From positions 18,407 to 82,406 of the forward strand of contig CAYHBR010000001.1 of NCBI GenBank assembly GCA_964354985.1: a DNA stretch of 64,000 bases, written 5' to 3'. The translations under genes and the position numbers were made by a program. Shown one piece after another: positions 21,617 through 31,000 of the stretch. Each line of letters begins with the position of its first letter. Position 1 is the first letter of the stretch. The notes beneath the pieces were generated by a model. It saw only the letters and a list, made by a program, of their open reading frames with translations, was not told the DNA's origin and did no database searches. Source of the DNA: an uncultured Candidatus Saccharibacteria bacterium. GTDB taxonomy: Bacteria; Patescibacteriota; Minisyncoccia; Phycocordibacterales; UBA9973.

Positions 21617-21940
21617 AAATCTATATATTTTTGGTACGCTATTTATCAAATATTACCAAAAGCACACAGGCACACTCTGGGACAAAGGATTGACACGCTA
21701 TTTATTGAAAGTATTGAAGCAATTTCAATTGCCAGTTTTTTATCACGACAAGAAAAGCAACCATATGTTCGTGTTGCTATTAGAAAAATCGACACTTTAA
21801 AAGTGTTACTCATGATACTCTGGGAAACCAAATCTATAGACGATAAAAAATACATCGCCCTCTCGGTAAAGCTCGAAGAAATTGGAAAGATGCTCGGCGG
21901 CTGGAATGGACAATTAGCAAAACAAAACTCTCCCAAATAG
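21617..21940 (+). CDS. Avd-like accessory protein (four-helix-bundle / 23S rRNA IVS protein family), plus-strand, with no canonical ATG at the head of the frame
   Basis: A 107-codon open frame ending ..ALSVKLEEIGKMLGGWNGQLAKQNSPK. It is collinear with the plus-strand ORF at 47638..47961 (KLEEVGKMFGGW), and the differences between them are mostly synonymous. The ...ELxxQL...KLEEVGKML.G motif is typical of Avd/IVS proteins. Confidence 0.55.
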   Translation, partial: KSIYFWYAIYQILPKAHRHTLGQRIDTLFIESIEAISIASFLSRQEKQPYVRVAIRKIDTLKVLLMILWETKSIDDKKYIALSVKLEEIGKMLGGWNGQLAKQNSPK

Positions 21941-21960
21941 AGGGAGAGAAATGAAGAGAG

Positions 21961-22087
21961 TTGCGAAACGGCAAACGCGAACCCGTTCTCACGATTCCAC
22001 CTGTTATCAGGCTTGTCATAGTACGCATTGAGCCAACGACCATCGTCGTTACGGTTCGCGTTGAGCAAGTTAGGATCGCCATCGGAA
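21961..22087 (-). repeat. DGR-1 template repeat (TR-1); the ORF-track ORF 21646..22068 is a non-coding artefact of it
   Basis: 127 bp aligning to 22424..22550. About 15 mismatches, all at plus-strand T in this copy (A in the minus sense) against C or A in the other copy. Confidence 0.85.
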
Positions 22088-22342
22088 CGCGCGAGATATC
22101 ATCCGTGCCACCACCCTTTGAGTTCTCTCAGGATTGTATTTTATTCGGCATCGCAATGCCTCAATGTCTCGCGCCAAGTATCTTCGTTTTTGCAGGTTAC
22201 ATGCACTACTCTATCCGAAACCATGATCGCGGATACACTCAATGCAAGGATACTGGGTTCGGTAGCGCCCAACCGTGATCGTGCGCATATTCACCTACTG
22301 CCATCGGCAATTATATCGTATTTTATATTTTATGAAAAAAAT

Positions 22343-22370
22343 AGTCCCCGATTTAAAAAATCGAGGACTA
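22343..22370. other. Hairpin downstream of the target-1 stop (AGTCCcCGATTT-aa-AAATCGaGGACT). A second small palindrome, AGAACTgaAGTTCT, is at 22385-22398, immediately 3' of the VR
   Basis: Inverted repeats seen directly. DGR VRs are commonly followed by a stem-loop. Confidence 0.45.
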
Positions 22371-22405
22371 AGGACTAAATGCAAAGAACTGAAGTTCTGA
22401 GCATC

Positions 22406-23029
22406 TTAATTTTGAGTACTAACTTGCGAAACGGCAAACGCGAACCCGCCCTCACGATCCCACCTGCTATCAGGCTCGCCATAGTACGCAAAGAGCCAAC
22501 GACCACCGCCGAAACGGTCCGCGCTGAGCAAGTTAGGATCGCCACCGGAATCCTTGATCGGTTCGTGCATAGCAACGATCCAGATAAGCCCCATTGCTTC
22601 GATCTCCTCGTCTGTGAACTTTTCACGGATGAGACATGCGATCTCAGCGTTTGGTGTTTCCAATTTGCGATTGGCAGCTTCGCTACGGATCTTCTTAGTG
22701 ATACGGTTGTTGTCTTCGAACAGCATCCCTTTGAGTACCGCAACTTCGGTTGTTATTCCAGAAGTAGGCTTGAAATCTTTTGAAAGTAACACACTCTTAG
22801 CATAATCGCTGAGGCGGTATCCTTTTTTCTCAAGACGCACAATCCATTCTGCCCCGGTAGCGCCGTCAGAAATGACATTGAAGTAAATTACTCCATCTTT
22901 TTCTGTCCAGCTCCTTGCCGGTTCTGCAATAGTGATTTCACCACGAAGGAATCTATTAACTCCTTCTTCTCCACCAAGTTTGTTCCATACGGCTTCTACT
23001 CGGCCAAATGTAATATCAGGATATTTCAT
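22406..23029 (-). CDS. DGR-1 target (variable) protein, 207 aa, with a C-terminal CLec-like variable region (VR-1 at 22424..22550)
   Basis: The C-terminus ..RFGGGRWLFAYYGEPDSRWDREGGFAFAVSQ.. is encoded by VR-1. Residues 1-207 are homologous to the C-terminal ~200 aa of the 613-aa target at 48482..50323. Confidence 0.8.
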   Translation of the reverse strand: MKYPDITFGRVEAVWNKLGGEEGVNRFLRGEITIAEPARSWTEKDGVIYFNVISDGATGAEWIVRLEKKGYRLSDYAKSVLLSKDFKPTSGITTEVAVLKGMLFEDNNRITKKIRSEAANRKLETPNAEIACLIREKFTDEEIEAMGLIWIVAMHEPIKDSGGDPNLLSADRFGGGRWLFAYYGEPDSRWDREGGFAFAVSQVSTQN

Positions 23030-23097
23030 TCTTATAAGTTTTTAGGCTATTAGCCTTTTGTTGCTTACTGTCCGCAAGCTGGAGCGTGACTTTTGTT

Positions 23098-23154
23098 AGC
23101 CATAGCCAGAAAGCACCTCGTCGAAAGGAACCTTTTGGCTATGGCTATTTGCAA
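23098..23154. other. 10-bp perfect inverted repeat (GCCATAGCCA .. TGGCTATGGC) with a 27-nt loop, in the rnc / target-1 intergenic region
   Basis: Seen directly. Possibly regulatory or a small RNA. Confidence 0.3.
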
Positions 23155-23218
23155 GTTAGTTGGAAAGGAACTGTTTTATATTATACTCTTATTAACACAA
23201 AAGTCAATAGCTATGTAG

Positions 23219-23914
23219 TTATTCCCTCCACCCCTTTTTCTCAAGCGCACCTTCCGCCGCCGAAGTTTCGGCTTCTTGTTTAGATTTGCCTTTGCCACTC
23301 GCAATGTGCTCGCTACCAAAGAAAATACCGACAGTAAATTGTTTGTCGTGGTCTGGCCCAGTTTCCTTCATCACTTTGTAGGCCGGAGTGAGCGAGTAGT
23401 GTTCTTGCGCCATTTCTTGGATATAGCTTTTGGCGTCGCGCCAGAGTTTCTTTTTTACGATTTCATCGATACGACCTGCGAGAGTTTTTAAAATAAATTC
23501 GGTTGCAATATCGTAACCTTGGTCGAGGTAGATAGCACCGACAACAGCTTCATAGGTATTGGCGAGTATGTACTGACGGGCTTTGCCATTGTCTTTCTGC
23601 TCGCCTTTCGACAAAAGCAAATATTCATTCATACCGAGCTCGCTAGCAACCTCAGAAATGATAACAGCATTGACGAGTGCCGAACGGTAGCTCGTGAGTT
23701 CACCTTCGGTAACATTTGGATACTTATCAAAAAGGAAACGGGTGATAGCGAGTTCAAGAACCGCATCACCAAGGAATTCGAAGCGTTCGTTGTGAAAAAG
23801 TCCGGTGTTCGGATTTTCGTTGATATATGAGCGATGGATAAATGCTTGAGTTAAAAGACCTCGGTCTTTAAAATTGACGCCGATGGCTTTTTCAAATGAT
23901 GGAAAATCTGGCAT
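23219..23914 (-). CDS. rnc: Ribonuclease III
   Basis: ERFEFLGDAVLEL signature and a C-terminal dsRBD (..GKGKSKQEAETSAAEGAL..). Confidence 0.9.
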   Translation of the reverse strand: MPDFPSFEKAIGVNFKDRGLLTQAFIHRSYINENPNTGLFHNERFEFLGDAVLELAITRFLFDKYPNVTEGELTSYRSALVNAVIISEVASELGMNEYLLLSKGEQKDNGKARQYILANTYEAVVGAIYLDQGYDIATEFILKTLAGRIDEIVKKKLWRDAKSYIQEMAQEHYSLTPAYKVMKETGPDHDKQFTVGIFFGSEHIASGKGKSKQEAETSAAEGALEKKGWRE

Positions 23915-23998
23915 AGAGTTTTTAGATTTCGCAAAAACAGTGTTCCGAAACGATTCGGCACGCTCTTTTTACGCAGAGACTGTACGCGTGACTGCGCG

Positions 23999-24898
23999 TT
24001 AGTTCTGGCTAGTTATAAATTCGACTGATTTTTGAATCATAGCGACAGTATCGTCGTATGTTGTCAGGCTTGGTACTTCGGTCACTGGAAACCATTTGGC
24101 ATCGGTGAGACCGTCTTTTTGCTCCAGGAGTAGCGTCTGAAAGGGCGCTTCACCAAGGAAGTATGTCACCTGCTTTCGTATCTTACCCTTTTCTGGATGA
24201 GATGCAATATACTCGTTTTCGCCGAGAACAGTTTTGACAACAATTGGCAAACCGATCTCTTCACCAATATCGCGGACAATACCGTCTTCTGGTGTTTCGC
24301 TATCTTCAAGACTGCCTTTGGAAAGAGTCCAGTAGCCGAAAATGTCATGCACGAGTGCGAGGTATATCATGCCTTCGTGAAGTGCATAGACAACGGCACC
24401 AACTTTTTTCTCAATTGGCAGAGACTCAATGTCGACAAGCTCGTCTTTTTTCTTTTTGGAAACTTCATCTTTGCCTGGCTCGCCGATTTCTTTGTAAACA
24501 GCACCGAGTACTCCATTGATAAACTTACTGGAATTTTCACCACCAAAACTTTTGGCAAGTTCAATAGCTTCGTTGATTGCGACTTTTGGTGGGACTTGGG
24601 TTCTGTCACCAAAAAGAAGCTCAGTGAGCCCCATGCGCAGAATATTTCGATCAACAATATTTATTTTCTCAAGTGGCCAGTCTGGCGCAGCTTTTGAAAT
24701 AATATCATCAACAACAGAACGATGACGCAGTACGTCAGTGGTGAGAGCAAGAATGAAATCGCCATCTTCAAGACCTGGGCCGTATTCTTTGATATCCCTT
24801 TCTACTACATCAGCAACAGCCTCGTCTGGCACCTTACGAAAATCCCACTCAAAGAGTGATTGGAGAACAATGGATCTTGAAAGATGTCGATGTGCCAT
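23999..24898 (-). CDS. nusB: NusB-like antitermination domain fused to a C-terminal NUDIX hydrolase domain
   Basis: The N-terminal ~140 aa are NusB-like (..SRSIVLQSLFEWDF.., ..AINEAIELAKSFGGE..). The C-terminal half carries the Nudix box GSLEDSETPEDGIVRDIGEEIGL. Confidence 0.7.
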   Translation of the reverse strand: MAHRHLSRSIVLQSLFEWDFRKVPDEAVADVVERDIKEYGPGLEDGDFILALTTDVLRHRSVVDDIISKAAPDWPLEKINIVDRNILRMGLTELLFGDRTQVPPKVAINEAIELAKSFGGENSSKFINGVLGAVYKEIGEPGKDEVSKKKKDELVDIESLPIEKKVGAVVYALHEGMIYLALVHDIFGYWTLSKGSLEDSETPEDGIVRDIGEEIGLPIVVKTVLGENEYIASHPEKGKIRKQVTYFLGEAPFQTLLLEQKDGLTDAKWFPVTEVPSLTTYDDTVAMIQKSVEFITSQN

Positions 24899-24937
24899 AT
24901 TTGATGTAAGGAACTAAATACTTGTGCCGGTGGGCGA

Positions 24938-25192
24938 TTACTTTTTCTTTGCTACTTTTTTACCTGCCTTCTTGTCCGCTTTCTTTGCTGTCTTTTTCGT
25001 TGTTTTTTTCTCTACGCGCTTCATGACGTCGATAACTTGGCGACCTCTGTACACACCTGTGACGAGACTAGCGCGGTGGCGGAGGTGCGGAACACCTGTT
25101 TTGCCGTCCACGGCAATAGGCAAGCCCGAGAGGGCGTGGTGGGAGCGGCGGTTTCGCGTATGACTGCGAGTATGTCTCATTCGTACTACCAT
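24938..25192 (-). CDS. rpmF: 50S ribosomal protein L32 with a Lys-rich C-terminal tail
   Basis: MRHTRSHTRNRRSHHALS..GVPHLRHRASLVTGVYRGRQVI matches the L32 core. The tail is KKTTKKTAKKADKKAGKKVAKKK. Confidence 0.75.
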   Translation of the reverse strand: MVVRMRHTRSHTRNRRSHHALSGLPIAVDGKTGVPHLRHRASLVTGVYRGRQVIDVMKRVEKKTTKKTAKKADKKAGKKVAKKK

Positions 25193-25239
25193 GTAAGATA
25201 GTATACGGATTTCTGAGAAAAAGGCAATATATTAGGCAA

Positions 25240-27288
25240 TTAACTGGCTTTTTGGCCTTCAAATATTTTGACTCTCGCCTTTTCAAGTCGTTTGTTGGCA
25301 TCGGAGAATTTTTCGTAAATTTCGATTTTTTCAGATGGATATTTTTCAGATGAAATTTCGGTTAGTTTTTCTTCAAGTCTTTTTAGCATTTCTTCGATAT
25401 ACATCCCGTCTGTTACGTCAGCGTCTTTTTGGGCACTAAATCCTTCTACTTTGGATAGTTTGTCAAAGAGAATCTTCATAGATGAATTGTCTTGATTTAT
25501 GAGGTATTTTCGATTATTCAAAAAATTAATTCTTTCATCCTCATTTTTCTTTATAAGTTCCTCCATTTTATTTATTGCTTCGGCATGTTTTGCTTTACTA
25601 TCTAAAAATCCCAATTTTTTATTTTTCAATTGTGTAAGTTTTATTTTTTCCTCCAGAATATCCAGATCTTTCACACCTATTTTACCAGTGTAATCACCTA
25701 TTTCTTCAAACTCTTTTCCAAGTTTGGGAACATTCAAAGTTATTCCGACAGATGGGATTTTGAAATAGATTTTTTCACTCATTTGCCCGTCAAAACGACC
25801 CATACTATTCCTAACAGTTTGAAGTGCCCAGTCTGCATTTTCCTTTCTGTTTTCAGTATTTTTAATTTCGCGAGCAATTTCTTCGGGATATGTGTTCATT
25901 TCTCTACTTTGCATATAGATCATATTTTGATCAACGCCGGCATCAACAAAATCATTTATATCATTTTTTTCAACCTCTTGTTTCTGCATTTTTTCTTCAA
26001 AATATTTCTTCAACTCGCTCGGAGATAGTTTGAGCGCTAGTGAGACTGGATTTTTTATTAGTGAAATTTTTCCGCCTAATTTCCGAGAAAGTGAATAGCT
26101 ATTTTCTACACCAAAATTTTCCTCCCAACCTACGCTATTATTTTTTGAACTAAATATTTCATTTATTTTTTCAATATCTCTTCCCTCAATGATTTCAAGC
26201 AAACCATCGTTGGCTTTTTGAACACCTTCCAAATATTCTCTCACTGAAACCAAGTCGACTACCGGACCATTGTCGTTGACTCTTTCTCCAAGTTCCTTAT
26301 TTATACTAAGAAGATTTTTACTTCCTGACTCAAAGCCAAGTGTTGAAATATGAGTGATTAATTTCTGGCCACTTTCACCGTAATAGCGCATAATTCTTTG
26401 GTAAATTTCGCTATCTTTATCTACAAAAACTCTGTTGTATCTTTCGTTGTATTCATGCAATTTATTTTCGCGGAATTCAGAAAACATCTTATAGGCTTCT
26501 CCTCTTTCAGCTTCGTATTTTTCTACTCTCTCTACATCTTGCCCAATAGCTTCCAGATTTCCTTTATTTTTGACCTCGTACATATTCGCGACCTTAGAAT
26601 GTAATTCGTTTTTTATTATAGCAAGAACTTTTTCTTGCTCTTCCTTTGGTAGCATTAATATTTCTTCTTTTTTCTCAATAATATTTAAATCCCATTTGCC
26701 ATTCTGCAAAGCGGAAAGACCGAAATAATGACTTAGGTTTCCCTCACTAGGTAGGTATTTATTAAGGATTGCTTCTTTCTCTTTTTCTTCGGCAACCCGT
26801 ATCCCTTCTTTAGTTTTAGTAAAGAGTTCTTCGACTGTTTTTTCTTTTTTTGACAAAGCTTCTTGATTTTTCTCTTTTTCTGTACTTAAAGTAATAACTT
26901 TTTCCTGCAAACTTTTCCATTCATTTTTTTCAGTACTGAAAACATCGCTGAAAACATCTTTGGTTTTCAATTTGTTATATAAAGCACCGTCATTGTCTGC
27001 GTTTTTGGCTTCGTTTACTACTTGACGACCACTTGAAATAATTCGGCCTCGCTCGCCTCTTACTTCACTAAGTGATGAAAATATTTCATCTCGCTTGTTT
27101 TGGATGTCTTCGAGCTCTGCTTTTTCTTTCTCGTATTCTTCTTGAACTGATTTTTCTTCATCTTGCTTTTTTTGTTTTTTGAGATTTTCTTCTTCCTGTT
27201 TCAAATTTTCCTGCTCTGTTTTTAGAGCTTGGATTTTTTCGAGCGAGGAAGGAATGCCACCTGGATTCATATACAAGAATAATACCAC
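25240..27288 (-). CDS. Large E/K-rich coiled-coil hypothetical protein (682 aa)
   Basis: Long ORF with strong heptad-like E/K/L composition and no signal peptide. Confidence 0.55.
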   Translation of the reverse strand: MVLFLYMNPGGIPSSLEKIQALKTEQENLKQEEENLKKQKKQDEEKSVQEEYEKEKAELEDIQNKRDEIFSSLSEVRGERGRIISSGRQVVNEAKNADNDGALYNKLKTKDVFSDVFSTEKNEWKSLQEKVITLSTEKEKNQEALSKKEKTVEELFTKTKEGIRVAEEKEKEAILNKYLPSEGNLSHYFGLSALQNGKWDLNIIEKKEEILMLPKEEQEKVLAIIKNELHSKVANMYEVKNKGNLEAIGQDVERVEKYEAERGEAYKMFSEFRENKLHEYNERYNRVFVDKDSEIYQRIMRYYGESGQKLITHISTLGFESGSKNLLSINKELGERVNDNGPVVDLVSVREYLEGVQKANDGLLEIIEGRDIEKINEIFSSKNNSVGWEENFGVENSYSLSRKLGGKISLIKNPVSLALKLSPSELKKYFEEKMQKQEVEKNDINDFVDAGVDQNMIYMQSREMNTYPEEIAREIKNTENRKENADWALQTVRNSMGRFDGQMSEKIYFKIPSVGITLNVPKLGKEFEEIGDYTGKIGVKDLDILEEKIKLTQLKNKKLGFLDSKAKHAEAINKMEELIKKNEDERINFLNNRKYLINQDNSSMKILFDKLSKVEGFSAQKDADVTDGMYIEEMLKRLEEKLTEISSEKYPSEKIEIYEKFSDANKRLEKARVKIFEGQKAS

Positions 27289-27338
27289 CTATGACACCAC
27301 TATCGATAAAGCCGGTGTGGATTTATATATATTATTTG

Positions 27339-27409
27339 AGCCGAGAGCGGGAATCGGACCCACGTTCCTACTTTACGAAAGTAGTGTTCTGCCACTGAAC
27401 TATATCGGC
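27339..27409 (-). tRNA. tRNA-Thr (anticodon CGU)
   Basis: Manual cloverleaf: acceptor GCCGATA (one mismatch with its partner strand), D-arm GTTC-AGTGGCA-GAAC, anticodon arm CTACT-TTCGTAA-AGTAG, T-arm GTGGG-TCCGATT-CCCGC. No CCA is encoded. Confidence 0.6.
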
Positions 27410-27466
27410 CTACTAAAACAAGTCTGAGGCACAGACTTGTTCAGTTTTATTTTTAGTTAGAATAAA

Positions 27467-28015
27467 TTATGGTTGCTTTTTAGGGGTTTCTACTGGAGCT
27501 TCTTTTTTTACGGCTTGTGTCACTCCTTGAGATGGATTGATCGAGATCGGAGCAACATTGATTATCTTGTTAGTCGATGGACGATACAATATCGCTTTCA
27601 TCGCGGTGGTGTATGCGAACAGAACATCACCATTTTCAGCTAGTGTAAAAAAATCCTGTCCCTTTAGTTTTTCTTTATCTGAAATCGTGGCAACAGTAGG
27701 AACCTCATCTTTTGGTAATTCCATTAGCTTGCCAAGTGTTCCAACTAGTGTAGCTGTTTTTTTCTGCACTTCAATACTTGGATCTATTTTTAGAGCTTGG
27801 TATTTTTTATAATAATGGAATGAGCCGTATACACCGAGTATTGCAATCAGAAAAATCGTGGGTACAAAAAATTTCTTGTAACTTCTTTTTTTAGCAACAA
27901 TTTCTTTTCTTTCAATTATTTTTTCTTCTTGAATGCTTCCGTCTTTTGTATTCACCTCCTTCATATTTATTTCTTTCATATGTTTAAATAATATTAATAA
28001 TTTTATAATAACCAT
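27467..28015 (-). CDS. Single-pass membrane protein (182 aa) immediately downstream of the giant gene
   Basis: One TM helix (FFVPTIFLIAILGVYGSFHYY) and a ~120-aa extracytoplasmic domain. Its start codon is 3 nt from the giant gene stop, so they are probably co-transcribed. Confidence 0.6.
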   Translation of the reverse strand: MVIIKLLILFKHMKEINMKEVNTKDGSIQEEKIIERKEIVAKKRSYKKFFVPTIFLIAILGVYGSFHYYKKYQALKIDPSIEVQKKTATLVGTLGKLMELPKDEVPTVATISDKEKLKGQDFFTLAENGDVLFAYTTAMKAILYRPSTNKIINVAPISINPSQGVTQAVKKEAPVETPKKQP

Positions 28016-28017
28016 AT

Positions 28018-31000
28018 CTATTGTACAGGAACGGGAGAATCAACTACTGGCAACGGCGGGGCAACTTCTGTAACCGTCGGCACAACTTCAGGAGGAACCT
28101 CTGTTTGTACTGCTGTTATATCTGGGACCAAACCAATGTCTGGTGTCGGTATAGTCTCAGGAACAGGAGCAACCTCTGAAGTAGTGGAATCTGCTGTTGG
28201 TATATTAACATTATTAAGAAGTGTTTGCATCTGGTCACCGGTCACGCAAACTTCAGAACCATCTGATTTTTTAACACATATTTCTTCTGTGTGTACTTTT
28301 TTAGCAAATACTTCATCAAAGTATCCGCGAATAGCAATGACACGGGCGGACACAAAGTCGGTAAGAATTTTTGTTCCAGTTGCGACTTTTGCTTCAATAA
28401 TTGAAATAGGATTTTGAGCTATCTCGGATTGAACATCAGAAATGAGAGTTACCAATCCTTCTGTTGTAGAAATATCTCCCATCAAAAGCGATTGATCTTT
28501 CATTGAATATTTACCCGGCGAATATGTATTTTTTATAAAGGCGATTACTTGACCAACACCTTCTCCGCCAAAAGAAGTAAGTGCTTGTCCGATAACCATT
28601 CCATCTTCTGTTGCTTTCATTGCGACTCCCGGAGTCGTGGAGCTAGCAAGGAAATCCCCCGGTTCAATCACACCATTTTCAACAGAAACATTCATTGGAA
28701 CGCGACCAGAGAGTGCGACTGCAACTTGTGACGAGCCTATTCTTTTTCCATCATCAAGTATAAGTCCCGGCTGAGTAGAAACAACGCCTAATACTTCTTT
28801 ATCGTAAGTATTCGTTGTTCTTGTGACGCCTGACTCAAGTGAGTGATCTATTCTGACCAATTCTCCTGGTAGCAATCCCACATCACTCGTATTGTATATT
28901 TCAGCCAAATCAGCACCGCCTGTATTTGTAGAATTCGTTACCATTAGAAAACTTCCGGCATTGACAACGGGCGATGCGGCTACCGTTGCTACGTTTTGTG
29001 CAAATTGGAATTGGAGGTTTCCAGCGGTTCCAGCTGTCGTTACATATCCATGAACAAATACGCGCTGGGTTAATACTGCCGTTGTTGCAATAGCGCAAGA
29101 AGTTCCACTGGCAATAATATTACAATATGCGGAAGAGGTAGCAGAAATAGCATTAACTCCCTCCAGATTTATTGTCGCGCCGGCTGGAGTAGTGAATGTA
29201 TATTTCAAATCAGCAGTTGCATTTGATACGTTAGTATTAATACTTGCCTGAACATAATAAGTTGTATTTGCAGCCATAGCAAAAACTAATTCCGGATCAT
29301 TTAGAAAGACTGTCGAATTTGAAGTAGCCGTTGTCGGAGAAGCTTTTACTATATATTTACTGCCATCAGTATCGCAATTCTTCCAGGCTCCATTTTCATA
29401 ACAACGGAATTTATTTGAAGTAGTATTGTAATAAGTTCCACCATTTATACCAGCCGGATCAGCGCTCCCTGCGTCAAGCACCAATAGATCCGGTGTCGCT
29501 TTTCCAGTAATAGAACCGATTTGGATTTTACTTGATGTCGCTGTTCCGCCAGCCTCAAGAGTAATCGCGTTTGCGCCAGTTGTCGTAATTGTTCCTGCTC
29601 CTGCAAAAGTTAACCCTGTAGCTGATGTGCCAATAGTATCTATCGAGAGTACGCCGGTTAGTGCACCGCCTGTTGTGAGATTGAGTCCTGTTGAGGCAAT
29701 TGCCAAAGTATCGGAAGTAGAGCCCAACACAATAGTGTCAGTAGATGCCCCGTTTGTACCAATATTGATTGCGTTGTTTCCGCTACCAGTACCGATATTA
29801 ATTGTTTTTGAATCGTTGCCGTTTCCAATATTTACAGTTCCTGTTGTTCCAGAATCTAATGTCACTGAGCCTGTTGTGTCAGATTTTATGGAAACCACAC
29901 CGCCAGTACTAGCAAGCAATGTAATTCCGCCAGAACCAGAATATATATTGACAGTAGTTCCATCTGTAATATTACCAATTGTCACAGTTTTTCCAGAAGC
30001 ACCTGTTCCGATATTTACCGCACCAGTAGTTCCTGAGTCAACAGTTATATCGGAAGTTGTCGTTGAAGAAATTGTTCCCGCACTAGCAAAAGTTAGACCG
30101 GTTGCTGAAGCTCCGATTGTGTCGATAGAGGAGACACCAGTTATGGCGCCCGCACTAGAAACATTTAAACCAGAGGAAGTAACGACAAATGTCCCAGTTG
30201 CATTTCCAATAGCTGTATTTGATGATCCGGTTGTATTTATACTTGCCGTTCCACCAGAGACAGTAATGCCGGCGGACCCTATCAACAAGCCTGCGGAAGT
30301 AATTGTTCCTGACCCAGTTGAAGAAATATTTCCGGAAGTTGAAATAGCGCCAATTGAAGAGACGGAAGCAACTCCAGTTAGTGCGCCCGCGCTCGAAACA
30401 TTTAACCCGGAAGATAATAATGAGAACGTATCATCAGCTCCGTTACCAATGACTATTGTATTTACAGCGACACCATCACCAATGTGAATTGTTTTTCCAC
30501 TTGTTCCTGTACCAAGATTAACCGCACCCGTAGAACCAGAGTCAAGATTGAGAGCACCTGTTGTTCCTGAGGTTATTGAAAGAGCTGAGCCAGAAGCTGA
30601 AGTAATAGCGAGAGTGCTTCCGCCAGCGAGAGTTGTTGCACCTGTGCCTGTCAGTGTTGCGCTTCCTGCAGAAACTCCGAAACGAGTACTACCGCCGGTA
30701 ATAAAGTTTAAACCTTGAGCGTCTGTGGTTCCGAGAGAAGCAGAAGTTCCGAAAGCATTGCCCGACTGAACAAAAGCAAAAGAGTTAATTGTTGTTGCAG
30801 TGGTTGGAGTACATCCTAGACGCCATCTAGTAGCACCGGAATCGTACTGTGTACAGAAAGTTGTACCCGCTGGAATAATAACATCGGAACTAGTTCCAGT
30901 GATAATTCTATTTCCGGCAGTGGAGCTTGCAGACTCATTGCTTATCGTCAGATTGAAAGATGACGCATTCATAAACCGAATATACAAACCATCTACACCG

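Noticed and set aside
21646-22068. The ORF-track ORFs 21646..22068 (140 aa) and 47745..48149 (134 aa) as short paralogous genes
   Set aside because: Their only protein-like part is the copy of the target C-terminus. The rest translates as low-complexity nonsense and is antisense to the conserved Avd-like frame. They are the non-coding template repeats.
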